From contig CAKZLT010000687.1 of the NCBI GenBank assembly GCA_937127195.1, positions 1 through 30,991 on the forward strand: 30,991 nucleotides of DNA. The letters are read 5' to 3'. Source of the stretch: an uncultured Saprospiraceae bacterium (GTDB lineage: Bacteria > Bacteroidota > Bacteroidia > Chitinophagales > Saprospiraceae). The translations under genes and the position numbers were made by a program. Below the pieces are notes generated by a model. It had not been told where the DNA came from. It saw nothing but the letters and a program-made list of their open reading frames with translations, and ran no database searches. This document shows positions 15,701 to 24,155 of the stretch, piece by piece. Position 1 is the stretch's first letter; the number at the start of each line of letters is the position of its first letter.

Positions 15701-17727
15701 TCGTCTGGTACTTCTTCAATAGCAGGTGGTTCAGGAATGCCTCTTCGTGCGCGGTCACGTTTTTGCTTAGATACCAATTCTCTATAACGTCTTTGGCGAA
15801 TAGCCAACTCTTCCTGCATATCAATATTATACTTGCTAGAATAGCCATAAGCATAAGTAGTGCGTGTATCATAGCCTTTTTTAGAAATGGTTAATAAAGC
15901 GCGATTATTTAATACATAACCATTAAAAGCATAAAGTCCATTTTTATCGGTTATTGTTGTAAATTTTCCATTTTCTAAAGTGACCTTTGCGCCAGCAATT
16001 GGATTATTAGTGCGTGCTTCATATACCTTTCCTGCAATCTCTGCTCGTTCGTTAGGATAACTAATTCTAGGTTGTTTTCCATTACGAATATCCTCCCAAA
16101 CAAAGCGTCTCCAGCCTGAAGTCATTAACAAATAATCCAAGGCTACGTCTGCTTTTTCTTCTTTTTTATTAAAATAAAAATTCGGCTCTTCTATCTTTCC
16201 ACGCAAATCCGCTTCCATAAGCATCCACGAAAGGATATTACTAGATTTATCATCAGCAAAAGTCAATAATTGGTCATCAACCACACTGACCGATAAGTTA
16301 GCAGGCATTGGCATACCGCGTTCATCAGCTACTTTGATGGTCATTTTTACCTTTTCGCGTGGTAAGTATTTCTCTTTATCCGTTTTGATGGAAATATTGA
16401 GTTGTTTGTCTTTATTCACGAATGCCAAACGTTCGGCTCTTTCAATACCTTTACTATCAAAGAGTGTAAAGTGTGCCACACCAATCGGAAAGTATTTGGT
16501 AGGAACAGTTGTTTTGTTTTCTCCTTTTTTAGCATTGATTTTTGTTGAAAAATGCTTTTGACCGCGTACCATTCCGACTAAATATAATTCTTCGTCATGT
16601 GTTGATTTTATATCCAAATAGACTTGCTTCGCGTCAACGTCTCGAACTTGCAGAACATAACCTGCTGGCATAGCTTCTGGTAATTCAAAGGTGTTTTGAA
16701 CGCCTGCTGGTTTGGTGATTTTGACCGTATAAGTTTCATCTTCTGATGGCGTTATCGAAAATGCGCCCATTCCTTGATGATAAGAACTGAAAGAAGAAAT
16801 GGTTTTTCCTTTACTATTCATCAAAACGCCTTCTATATCCGCGGGTTTGCCGAATTCATTGAGTGCTTTAAATGCAACTTTTGAAGCCAAACCAGTAACT
16901 AAATCTCCACCTTCTGGATATAACCTCATTTGAATGTTATTCAATACTATTGGGACAGAACGAGAAATAGATTCAGTTTGCCCTTGATATCTAATCATAA
17001 TATTGAGTATTCCATCATTGGATTTGAGATTTTTAGGTAGATTAAACTTAACCATTGCCTCGCCTTCATTTCCTGTTGAGCTTTTCCCTTTTTTGATTTC
17101 TTTTCCTTCAATTTTGACTACAAAATTGAAATTGTGATTAGCTAAAGGTTGGTTAGCGTTATCTTCAATAGACAATTCGGCAGCCACTTCATCGCCTGAA
17201 CCATAAGCTTTCTTCATAAAATCAAGCTTCATTTTTAATCGTGGTAAGACGACTTTTTGAACGGTGAGTTCTTTTATAAAAATGGCTGGATTTTTATCAT
17301 TTAATAACCAGTTAGTGAATACTTTGACTTTATAAATACCTCCTACGGCATTTTCATCAATCTTAAAATCGCCTTTTGCAATACCATCTTGAGCAATGAT
17401 TTTATATTCTTTTTCGATTGCACCTTTTGGGTTAATCAATTGAATAGAGACAATATCTGATTTATTTGATGCTTTCAATGATTGCCCTTCACGGATATAA
17501 GCACTGAACCAAATCGTCTCGCCTGGTTTGTAAAGTGTTTTATCAAAATGAGCGTAAACACGGTCTTCAGGAAGACTTTCATTGAAAGCACGGAGGTTTT
17601 TAAGAATATCTTCTAATACGGTATTTACTTGTTGTTTGATGAATCGCTGGGTTTGATTGGGCAATGCTGCAAAAGCAATTGAGCCAATCAAAATGAGACT
17701 AAGGAGGGTGATTGCAATTTTTTTCAT
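12712..17727 (-). CDS. Alpha-2-macroglobulin/complement-like thioester protein with inserted carboxypeptidase-regulatory-like and TonB C-terminal domains
   Basis: Sec signal peptide without lipobox Cys; MG-domain motifs (DKTLYKPGET, TDKEKYLPREKV, VSVVD); thioester GCFEQ at 14139-14125; TED helices (GGFEWF, LTAYGL); C-terminal MAIVGLPAG...YYRQM...ASSAYLYY receptor-binding-like domain; TonB_C at about 15324-14968. Confidence 0.9.
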   Translation of the reverse strand: MKKIAITLLSLILIGSIAFAALPNQTQRFIKQQVNTVLEDILKNLRAFNESLPEDRVYAHFDKTLYKPGETIWFSAYIREGQSLKASNKSDIVSIQLINPKGAIEKEYKIIAQDGIAKGDFKIDENAVGGIYKVKVFTNWLLNDKNPAIFIKELTVQKVVLPRLKMKLDFMKKAYGSGDEVAAELSIEDNANQPLANHNFNFVVKIEGKEIKKGKSSTGNEGEAMVKFNLPKNLKSNDGILNIMIRYQGQTESISRSVPIVLNNIQMRLYPEGGDLVTGLASKVAFKALNEFGKPADIEGVLMNSKGKTISSFSSYHQGMGAFSITPSEDETYTVKITKPAGVQNTFELPEAMPAGYVLQVRDVDAKQVYLDIKSTHDEELYLVGMVRGQKHFSTKINAKKGENKTTVPTKYFPIGVAHFTLFDSKGIERAERLAFVNKDKQLNISIKTDKEKYLPREKVKMTIKVADERGMPMPANLSVSVVDDQLLTFADDKSSNILSWMLMEADLRGKIEEPNFYFNKKEEKADVALDYLLMTSGWRRFVWEDIRNGKQPRISYPNERAEIAGKVYEARTNNPIAGAKVTLENGKFTTITDKNGLYAFNGYVLNNRALLTISKKGYDTRTTYAYGYSSKYNIDMQEELAIRQRRYRELVSKQKRDRARRGIPEPPAIEEVPDEETEENIAFDDVAFDKEEIVENVAIAPRPPKPALLAVKEKVARNEIKNLAKMEAEKRQKRPQAKREVRKAKEMKRLAVMEDAKKKVVDNRFAKDRRVLLEDMDINADAKIDVFAEAEEIEEEAIEEIFSIVETMPTFPTCGDLATNQERKRCTEENLLKHVYKHLRYPNIAKENNIEGLVVVSFVVDTDGSVVNAKVLRDIGGGAGNEALAALNTLNALPKKFTPGQQRGRPVRVRYNLPVRFKLNARDSNHDDERELRSIPINRNFDLPKRRRIQKLARSNRNRKFYRAREFSGPAYDRDEVIEKRTDFRSTTYWNGNVKIDRKGKAVLEFYNSDAVTSFKITAEGFAVDGMIGRAEKQFFTQLPFSLSAKLPIEVITEDVVKIPLTLVNNTKKTIKGDLDIKYPKGLSPKGNLPTSATLKAGQAKTQYLAFDVKTRGKADKISIAFKSSGFNDEIEKSLTVISKGFPVSVAMSGEAMSKSYPFDISNMVDGSLDAYVTAYPSAMSDMLSGLESMLRQPSGCFEQTSSSTYPNILVLNYLQETNQAKPDISARAKQFIAAGYKRLAGYESASGGFEWFGGDPGHEGLTAYGLMEFVDMKKVYDGVDDAMINRTTEWLMKRRDGMGQFKRNPRALHQFGLTNNETMSIYITWALSEANFTDIQTEVDFAYAEAKKTKNPYQLGLVANILFNRKDETRGQAILDLLMAIQEDEGAWKHGSSHKSAPGSSGNALRIETAALAALATMKSKNPDRTKLKNCMDFIKKSRSSFGGYASTNSTVLALRALVAFAKFSKRTDESGTIDVFVNGKKAKTFNYEKGHQEPIVLAGLESFMSSKKNDIEVKFSNTKTALPYTVAMNYSTALPNSQKECVVKLNTKITKTKIKVGETVRLKTTLTNSTAEGQPMTMAIVGLPAGLTAQPWQLKELLDKKAFDFYEVIGNNLVFYYRQMKPSEERIINLDLKADIAGSFDAPASSAYLYYTDELKDWTNLERIVVNE

Positions 17728-17884
17728 ATCTATTTCGATTTAATTTTTTTTATAAAAAAAACAAAGAAATATTGTTCTGGACATGGCGAAACCATATTCA
17801 GTCTTTGTAGAATTTTAAAGTGTTAGTGATAATTAATTTAGAATTTGGAGTATTTACTCATTACTTAGTGAGTTATATTGATAG

Positions 17885-17915
17885 AGATGCGAGTGTTTCG
17901 TTTTTTGGTGTGAAC
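17885..17915 (-). promoter_or_regulatory. Possible ECF-sigma-type promoter for the thioester protein gene
   Basis: Minus strand GTTCACACC-N16-GCATCT, about 160 nt upstream of the ATG; resembles ECF -35/-10 spacing (pattern recall only). Confidence 0.25.
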
Positions 17916-17940
17916 GGGAAAATAAAAAGACCTTTTGAAA

Positions 17941-17990
17941 TTATTACTGGCTATAACTATGTTTTATAATGCAGTTATAGCCAGTAATAA
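17941..17990 (-). terminator. Intrinsic terminator/hairpin downstream of the 18008-18616 gene
   Basis: Perfect 18-bp inverted repeat TTATTACTGGCTATAACT...AGTTATAGCCAGTAATAA. Confidence 0.8.
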
Positions 17991-18007
17991 TCTTCTAATA
18001 CAAAAAA

Positions 18008-18616
18008 CTAAGCCCTTCCAACACATTTTTCATTGTAATCTTCTGTTATTTCTATTTCATCGCCCTTTCCATACATTTTAAGCTTTAGACGTTCATATAC
18101 CTTAGGGCAATCTTCCAAATATTTCATCATTGCTTTCCTAAAGCCCATTCGTTTGGGTAAATAAAGCAAACCTTGTTTTTTTTGAAAAATCATAAATTTG
18201 GATTTATAAGAAAAATCCATATTAACGTGTTGTGTATAATAGAAAGAATATAGCCGAAGATTTCCTTCTACCTCTAACTTTAAGAAGACATAAGTTTTCT
18301 TCTTTTTAAATATCTTTTTTTCAAGATTTAAGTGGTCAATATGAGAAATAAGTCGAGTCATTTCATTGTTATATTGAAAACAAACTTCTTTAGCTTGATG
18401 AGGCTTGAGTTCTCTTTCTATATCATTAGGATCCAAAAAATGAACTCCAAAATGAATTGACCTTATATCAGGAGTATTTGTTTGTGAAATAGGAATATCG
18501 AACTGGACTTTTAGAGTATCATCAGTAAGGTTTATAAAGTAGCCTTGCACGAATCGTGCAAATGTAGAAGTATGGCACAGAAGGGTGAATACTACAATTA
18601 AATAGATTTTTTGCAT
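18008..18616 (-). CDS. Exported hypothetical protein
   Basis: Signal-peptide-like MQKIYLIVVFTLLCHTSTFA, followed by a GYFINLTDDTL...G.LRLY pattern common in Bacteroidota hypotheticals. Start moved from 18688 to ATG 18616. Confidence 0.7.
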   Translation of the reverse strand: MQKIYLIVVFTLLCHTSTFARFVQGYFINLTDDTLKVQFDIPISQTNTPDIRSIHFGVHFLDPNDIERELKPHQAKEVCFQYNNEMTRLISHIDHLNLEKKIFKKKKTYVFLKLEVEGNLRLYSFYYTQHVNMDFSYKSKFMIFQKKQGLLYLPKRMGFRKAMMKYLEDCPKVYERLKLKMYGKGDEIEITEDYNEKCVGRA

Positions 18617-18631
18617 TTGTTTGTTTGTTTG
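18616..18631. repeat. (TTTG)4 / (CAAA)4 tetranucleotide repeat abutting the likely start codon
   Basis: Minus strand reads ...CAAACAAACAAACAA-ATG. Confidence 0.75.
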
Positions 18632-18698
18632 TATTTGTACTTTTATTTGCTTCGGCTGTTTTCTTTTGTTATTTTTTGTTTCTTTCATTAAAAAATAA

Positions 18699-18740
18699 AG
18701 CCATCTACGCTCATCTTGAAGAAGACAAGTGTAAATGGCT
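18699..18740 (-). terminator. Probable intrinsic terminator of ahcY
   Basis: Minus-strand RNA AGCCAUUUACACU...AGCGUAGAUGGCU stem (one G-U pair, one mismatch) followed by UUAUUUUUU. Confidence 0.6.
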
Positions 18741-18805
18741 CGTTTAATTTGTATTGTTTATATGATTAATAGAAACTCTTTTGTTTTCTATTAATTAAAA
18801 AAGTC

Positions 18806-20116
18806 CTAGTAACGGTAATACTCAGGCTTGTAAGGTCCATCAACAGGAACACTAATGTAATCAGATTGATCTTTAGAAAGAGTCTCCAATTCCACGCCAA
18901 TTTTTGCTAAGTGCAAACGTGCTACCTCTTCATCTAAGTGTTTAGGCAAAGTATAAACCTTGTTTTCGTACTTATCAGTATTTTCCCAAAGCTCCAATTG
19001 AGCCAAAACTTGATTAGTGAAAGAGTTAGACATTACGAATGAAGGGTGACCAGTTGCGCAACCCAAATTCACTAAGCGACCTTCTGCCAAAATCAAAATA
19101 TCATTACCGTCAATAGTATATTTATCAACTTGAGGTTTGATTTCTACCTTAGAGTCACCATGCGTATTATTCAACCATGCCATGTCGATTTCATTATCGA
19201 AGTGACCAATATTACAAACGATAGTTTTATCACTCATTACATTGAAGTGCTCTGCTGCCAAAATATCTTTACAACCAGTAGCGGTAACGATAATATTAGC
19301 TCTAGGAGCTGCATCAACCATTTTTTTAACTTCAAATCCGTCCATTGCTGCTTGAAGCGCGCAAATCGGGTCAATCTCAGTAACGATTACTCTTGCTCCT
19401 GCACCTCTCAATGAAGCCGCAGAACCTTTTCCTACATCACCATATCCTGCAACTACTGCTACTTTACCAGCAATCATTACATCTGTTGCACGACGAATTG
19501 CATCTACACAACTTTCTTTACAACCGTACTTGTTATCAAACTTTGACTTCGTAACTGAGTCATTTACATTGATAGCAGGCATTGGCAAAGTTCCTTTTTG
19601 CATACGCTCATACAAACGGTGAACACCAGTTGTCGTTTCTTCACTCAATCCTCTGATATCAGCTACCATTTCAGGATAGTTATCCAAAACCATATTGGTC
19701 AAGTCACCTCCATCATCCAAAATCAAATTCAATGGCGTACGGTCTTCACCAAACCACAAAGTTTGCTCAATTGCCCAAGTGAATTCCTCTTCAGTCATTC
19801 CTTTCCAAGCAAAAACTGGAATACCAGCCGCTGCAATTGCTGCTGCTGCGTGATCTTGAGTAGAAAAGATATTACAAGAAGACCAAGTAACATCTGCACC
19901 CAACTCAACCAATGTTTCTATCAAAACAGCAGTTTGAATTGTCATGTGCAAACAACCTGCAATTCTAGAACCTTTCAAAGGCTTAGATGCACCGTACTTA
20001 TCACGCAATGCCATTAAACCTGGCATTTCAGCTTCCGCTAATTCGATTTCCTTACGACCAAACTCAGCTAAGGAAATATCCTTAACTTTATATTTCAAGC
20101 CTTCTACTGCTCCCAT
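18806..20116 (-). CDS. ahcY: Adenosylhomocysteinase (SAH hydrolase)
   Basis: [38 protein letters not shown]-binding GYGDVGKG and [11 protein letters not shown] motifs. Confidence 0.98.
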   Translation of the reverse strand: MGAVEGLKYKVKDISLAEFGRKEIELAEAEMPGLMALRDKYGASKPLKGSRIAGCLHMTIQTAVLIETLVELGADVTWSSCNIFSTQDHAAAAIAAAGIPVFAWKGMTEEEFTWAIEQTLWFGEDRTPLNLILDDGGDLTNMVLDNYPEMVADIRGLSEETTTGVHRLYERMQKGTLPMPAINVNDSVTKSKFDNKYGCKESCVDAIRRATDVMIAGKVAVVAGYGDVGKGSAASLRGAGARVIVTEIDPICALQAAMDGFEVKKMVDAAPRANIIVTATGCKDILAAEHFNVMSDKTIVCNIGHFDNEIDMAWLNNTHGDSKVEIKPQVDKYTIDGNDILILAEGRLVNLGCATGHPSFVMSNSFTNQVLAQLELWENTDKYENKVYTLPKHLDEEVARLHLAKIGVELETLSKDQSDYISVPVDGPYKPEYYRY

Positions 20117-20157
20117 AATAATTATTTCTTTAAAATAGTTTATTTCTAAAATTGGTG

Positions 20158-20165
20158 CAAAAATA
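20158..20165 (-). promoter_or_regulatory. Bacteroidota sigma-A -7 box (TAnnTTTG) for ahcY
   Basis: Minus strand TATTTTTG about 42 nt upstream of the ATG, with a TTG about 20 nt further upstream (20186-20188). Confidence 0.6.
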
Positions 20166-20262
20166 AGACATTATTTAGTGAATATCAACTTTTTAGGAAA
20201 GGTTGAGGTCTAGGAGATGACGATAAAGGAATTTGACAAGAAAACTTATTTTATAAATGATT

Positions 20263-20309
20263 ATTTGGCTTCGGTATCTAGCTAGAAAAAGGACTTACCG
20301 AAGCCGAAT
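20263..20309. repeat. Inverted repeat in the divergent ahcY/caspase intergenic region
   Basis: ATTTGGCTTCGGTA (20263-20276) pairs with TACCGAAGCCGAAT (20296-20309) at 13/14; the loop contains the palindrome TCTAGCTAGA. Confidence 0.8.
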
Positions 20310-20375
20310 AATATTTGGTTATAAAAAAGCCACTTTTTCAAAAATAAAGTCATTTAACTACAAAGTGCCTTTCCG

Positions 20376-20383
20376 TACTTTTG
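20376..20383 (+). promoter_or_regulatory. Bacteroidota sigma-A -7 box (TAnnTTTG) for the WD40-caspase gene
   Basis: TACTTTTG, with TTTA 19 nt upstream (20353-20356); ATG at 20446. Confidence 0.55.
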
Positions 20384-20445
20384 TTTCGTCTTAATTCATA
20401 GTGGACGAATTTTGATGATAACTTTTTGATATTCAATTATTTTTT

Positions 20446-23400
20446 ATGAAAAAAATAACGAGCCTTTTCTTTCTTTTTTACTCCGTTTTTGCGCTGGCAC
20501 AAATGCCTCAACTCGTCATTCAACGCGGACATACTGCGCCTGTAACGGATGTAGTAGTCAGCCAAAAGCACGAATTGGTTATTACAACAAGTTATGACAA
20601 AACAGTTAAGGTTTGGCAAAAGGAAATCGCTAGAGAACTGCGTGCTTACACTGGTTTAATGAAAGGCTTTTTGCCAATACAATTGGCGATGAGTTTTGAT
20701 AAAAATACGGTTTTAGCTTCCTCAACAGGTGGCGCAATTACTCTTATCGACCTTTCTAAAAATGCAATTCAAACGATTGCCGCACCGCTCGATAAAGGCA
20801 TTATTAAATTACAAGCGCACCCAACTAAAGAACAAATTGTTATTGGTTACGAAGATGGAACATTGATTTTGTTTGATTATAAAAATGAAAAAATACTTCA
20901 AAGTTGGGCAGTAGGGGAGAGTGAAATAACAAAAATTCAATTGACTTCAAAAGGACGTTATCTTTTTACACAATCTAAAAAAGGCGCATTTTTGGCTTAT
21001 GATTTAAAAAAGGAGAAAACAATTGGAAGTTTTGCTCAAAACATAGTTGCTTTTAGTGTGAGCCCTGACAATCAAAAACTCTTGACGGTTGCACAAGATA
21101 GTGTTGTTTCTATTTTTAAAATAAAAAAAACAACCTTAAACGCTGCCAAAAAGATTAATACGTTTTGTCGTCAAACATTCTGGACAGCGACCAATGAAGT
21201 TTTACTCATTAATAAAAAATTTCAACTCGAAAAACTGAATGTAATTACTTTTGAAACCAAAACTGTTTCGTTTTCATTACCACGTTTTTATTGTTTAAAA
21301 ATAGAAAACAACGAATTGTATTACAATCAAGGTCCAACCCTAAAAACAGCTAATATTACTAATTTTGAACCTAAAAATACTTATAAGGGCTTTGTTGGAA
21401 ATGTTTATACGAGTAATATTAATGCGATTACTTTTCAAAAGAATGGTAGAAATATCATTGCTGGTGGTGGCGAAAAAGCCATTCAGTTTTGGGGCGAAAC
21501 CAATTATGAGACCATTCCTGTCGGTTACGAAATCAATAAACTGAAACTCAGCAAGGACGGAAAATGGCTATTGTGTAGCGGAACAGGAAAGCAATTTCAT
21601 TTGATAGATGTCGAAAAACGAGCCATTCAACAGGTTTATAAAGGACATTCTAAAGGCTTAATGGAGGTAGATTTTCTGGGAGAAGACCGAATAGTGAGTG
21701 TTAGTAAAGACAAAACGCTCAAGGTCTGGTCAATGGATTCGGCTTCGATTATCCATGATTTGAAGATGCATAATGCCTATATTTATGCTGTGGCAACAGA
21801 TGGTAACAAGATAGTTTCTGGAGACTCGAAAGGTTTAATTGTGGCTTGGAATGCTACGACGGGCGATACCATTTATACGATTCAAAATGATAAAAGCACC
21901 GTTTATGACTTGACTTTTTCGGAAGATGGAAAGACCGTTTTTGCAACTTTTGATAATGGTGATGTTTGGAGTTGGGATGATTTTCATAAGATTGATTTTC
22001 GTAAGAATTTTTCGGAAACGGTAAAACCTTCTTTTAAAATGTTGGGTGAAAATATTGTAACACTTCAAAAAAATAAAACTTTAACCAATGGCTTGATTTC
22101 GATTCAATCTGATTTTTTTAAAAATAAAAAAGAAGAAAAGAAAGGCTTTTCTATAGAAAACGAAAGCGGAATCAATGACTTTCAATGGAGCGATGACCAA
22201 CAGTTTTTGGCGTCAGCGGATGGAGATAATGCGATTCGATTGTATAATTTTAAGAATAATAAACTACTCGCGACTTGCTACACTTTGGGTAACAAAAATT
22301 GGGCAATCGTTACACCTGATGGGCTTTTTGATGCGTCTGCCAATGGTATGAATTGGCTGCATTACGCGCATTTTAATGAAGCGTTGCCACTTGACCAACT
22401 CAAAGAACGTTATTACGAACCTGACCTTTTACAAAAGCTATTAGGTTATAATGAAGAACCTTTGCGCAATCCTGCGGCGTTTGGTTCGGTAGAGTTATTT
22501 CCAAAAACGAAATGGACACTTTCGGATAATTTTATTGCAAATTTGGAGCTTTTGCCACGAAATGGCGGAATCGGAAAAGTCAGCATTTTTATTAATAAAA
22601 AAGAAATCATCGCGGATGCGAACCCCGAGCGATTGACTAACTTAGAGATTAACCTCAATCCTTATCGAAAATATCTGCTCAACGATACGACGAACCAAAT
22701 TAGCCTTCAAGTTTACAATGAAAAAGGCTGGTTACACAGCGGTTTTTTAACTAAAAACTACAAAAACAAAATCAACGCAAGAGGGACAAACACCGCTACG
22801 AATAAACCGTTAATACTCAAAAAAAGACATAAACCGACTTTTTATGCGTTGATTATCGGAACGTCAGATTATCGTGGTGAAGCATTAGATTTGAGTTTTG
22901 CGGATAAAGACGCGGCAGATATTGCAAATGCTTTAGAATTGGCAGGACAATCGCTTTTTGGCGCAGCAAACACGAAAGTAGAATTATTGAATACGTCGCA
23001 ATCCAAAGAAAAACAGCCTTCTAAAGAAAATATCAAAGCGGCTTTTGAAGTCATTGCTCAAGAAGCGAAGGCAGAAGATGTGTTTGTATTATACCTTTCG
23101 GGGCATGGTGTGAATTATGGTTCTCCGAATAGTCAGTTCTACTATTTGACAAAATCAATCGCTTCTGAAGAATTGGGCGATGATAATATCAGAACGAATT
23201 ACACGATTTCGAGTGAAGAATTTACAGCACAACTCAAAAATATTGCTGCCCAAAAGCAAATTATGATGCTTGATGCTTGTTCGTCTGGTAGCTTAGTTCA
23301 GAATATGTTATCGCAATCACGAAGCCTTTCTTCGAGCCAAAAACGCGCTTTGGACAGAATGAAAGACCGTGCTGGTGTATTCATTTTGGCAGGAAGTGCG

Positions 23401-23991
23401 GCGAATAAAGTGAGTTATGAAGCGTCGCAATTTGGTCAAGGATTGTTGACTTATAGTTTACTTTCGGGTATTCGAGGTGGTGCGCTTCGCGAGAATGAAT
23501 TTGTGGATGTGATGCAATTATTTCAATATGCGGCAGATAAAGTACCCGAATTGGCTGCCGTAATTGGTGGCGTTCAGCGTCCCGTAGTGGCTACTCCAAC
23601 TGGTACAAATAGTTTTGATATTGGTCAAATCACGGATAGCGTTCGATATAAAATACCTTTGGAAGAAGTGAAGCCACTTTTTATAAAAAGCAACTTTCAA
23701 CATGAAAAGGATTACGAAGATTTGATAGATTTGAGTGACGCGCTGGATGAGACTTTTAAGACGATTAGCGACGATTCGGATGCTAGTATTTTATTTTTAA
23801 ATGTAAAAAAATACCCCAAGGCGTATTCTATTAAAGGACGTTATCATAAAAATTCGGATGGAATGCTAGTTTTGAAGGCTAAGTTATTGAAAGATAAAAA
23901 AGCAATTGGTGACTTTGAAATCACAGAAAATACGGAAACTGAGTTGATTGATGGCGTTTTGGAAGCGGTAATGGAGTTGATTAATGAGTGA
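20446..23991 (+). CDS. Exported WD40-repeat protein with C-terminal caspase-family (peptidase C14) domain
   Basis: Signal peptide ending ALA-Q; many GH...WD-like repeats; catalytic dyad YLSGHG (His 23104-23106) and MLDACSSG (Cys 23278-23280); later G.LTY.LL and VQRP motifs. Confidence 0.9.
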   Translation: MKKITSLFFLFYSVFALAQMPQLVIQRGHTAPVTDVVVSQKHELVITTSYDKTVKVWQKEIARELRAYTGLMKGFLPIQLAMSFDKNTVLASSTGGAITLIDLSKNAIQTIAAPLDKGIIKLQAHPTKEQIVIGYEDGTLILFDYKNEKILQSWAVGESEITKIQLTSKGRYLFTQSKKGAFLAYDLKKEKTIGSFAQNIVAFSVSPDNQKLLTVAQDSVVSIFKIKKTTLNAAKKINTFCRQTFWTATNEVLLINKKFQLEKLNVITFETKTVSFSLPRFYCLKIENNELYYNQGPTLKTANITNFEPKNTYKGFVGNVYTSNINAITFQKNGRNIIAGGGEKAIQFWGETNYETIPVGYEINKLKLSKDGKWLLCSGTGKQFHLIDVEKRAIQQVYKGHSKGLMEVDFLGEDRIVSVSKDKTLKVWSMDSASIIHDLKMHNAYIYAVATDGNKIVSGDSKGLIVAWNATTGDTIYTIQNDKSTVYDLTFSEDGKTVFATFDNGDVWSWDDFHKIDFRKNFSETVKPSFKMLGENIVTLQKNKTLTNGLISIQSDFFKNKKEEKKGFSIENESGINDFQWSDDQQFLASADGDNAIRLYNFKNNKLLATCYTLGNKNWAIVTPDGLFDASANGMNWLHYAHFNEALPLDQLKERYYEPDLLQKLLGYNEEPLRNPAAFGSVELFPKTKWTLSDNFIANLELLPRNGGIGKVSIFINKKEIIADANPERLTNLEINLNPYRKYLLNDTTNQISLQVYNEKGWLHSGFLTKNYKNKINARGTNTATNKPLILKKRHKPTFYALIIGTSDYRGEALDLSFADKDAADIANALELAGQSLFGAANTKVELLNTSQSKEKQPSKENIKAAFEVIAQEAKAEDVFVLYLSGHGVNYGSPNSQFYYLTKSIASEELGDDNIRTNYTISSEEFTAQLKNIAAQKQIMMLDACSSGSLVQNMLSQSRSLSSSQKRALDRMKDRAGVFILAGSAANKVSYEASQFGQGLLTYSLLSGIRGGALRENEFVDVMQLFQYAADKVPELAAVIGGVQRPVVATPTGTNSFDIGQITDSVRYKIPLEEVKPLFIKSNFQHEKDYEDLIDLSDALDETFKTISDDSDASILFLNVKKYPKAYSIKGRYHKNSDGMLVLKAKLLKDKKAIGDFEITENTETELIDGVLEAVMELINE

Positions 23992-24007
23992 TTTTTTTGG
24001 ATTCGTT

Positions 24008-24040
24008 AAGCGTCGAACCCCTTTAAGGCGTCTGACGCTT
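24008..24040. terminator. Hairpin between convergent caspase and desaturase genes
   Basis: AAGCGTC...GACGCTT outer stem followed by an AT-rich run. Confidence 0.5.
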
Positions 24041-24155
24041 GAATTTTAAAAAAAAGTATTTTTTTTTATAGTTTATGATGAAAAATAGTCTTTGTAGGCA
24101 CGAGCAGGGGGAATATTCAACCGTGTTTTGATAAAAATATTCAGAGTACTGAACT

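Noticed and set aside
20117-20300. SAH riboswitch upstream of ahcY
   Set aside because: The candidate promoter leaves only a ~35-nt AT-rich leader with none of the conserved GC-rich SAH aptamer elements.
24091-24125. Degenerate GTAGG(G)CACG-type REP sequence
   Set aside because: Single copy with poor self-complementarity.
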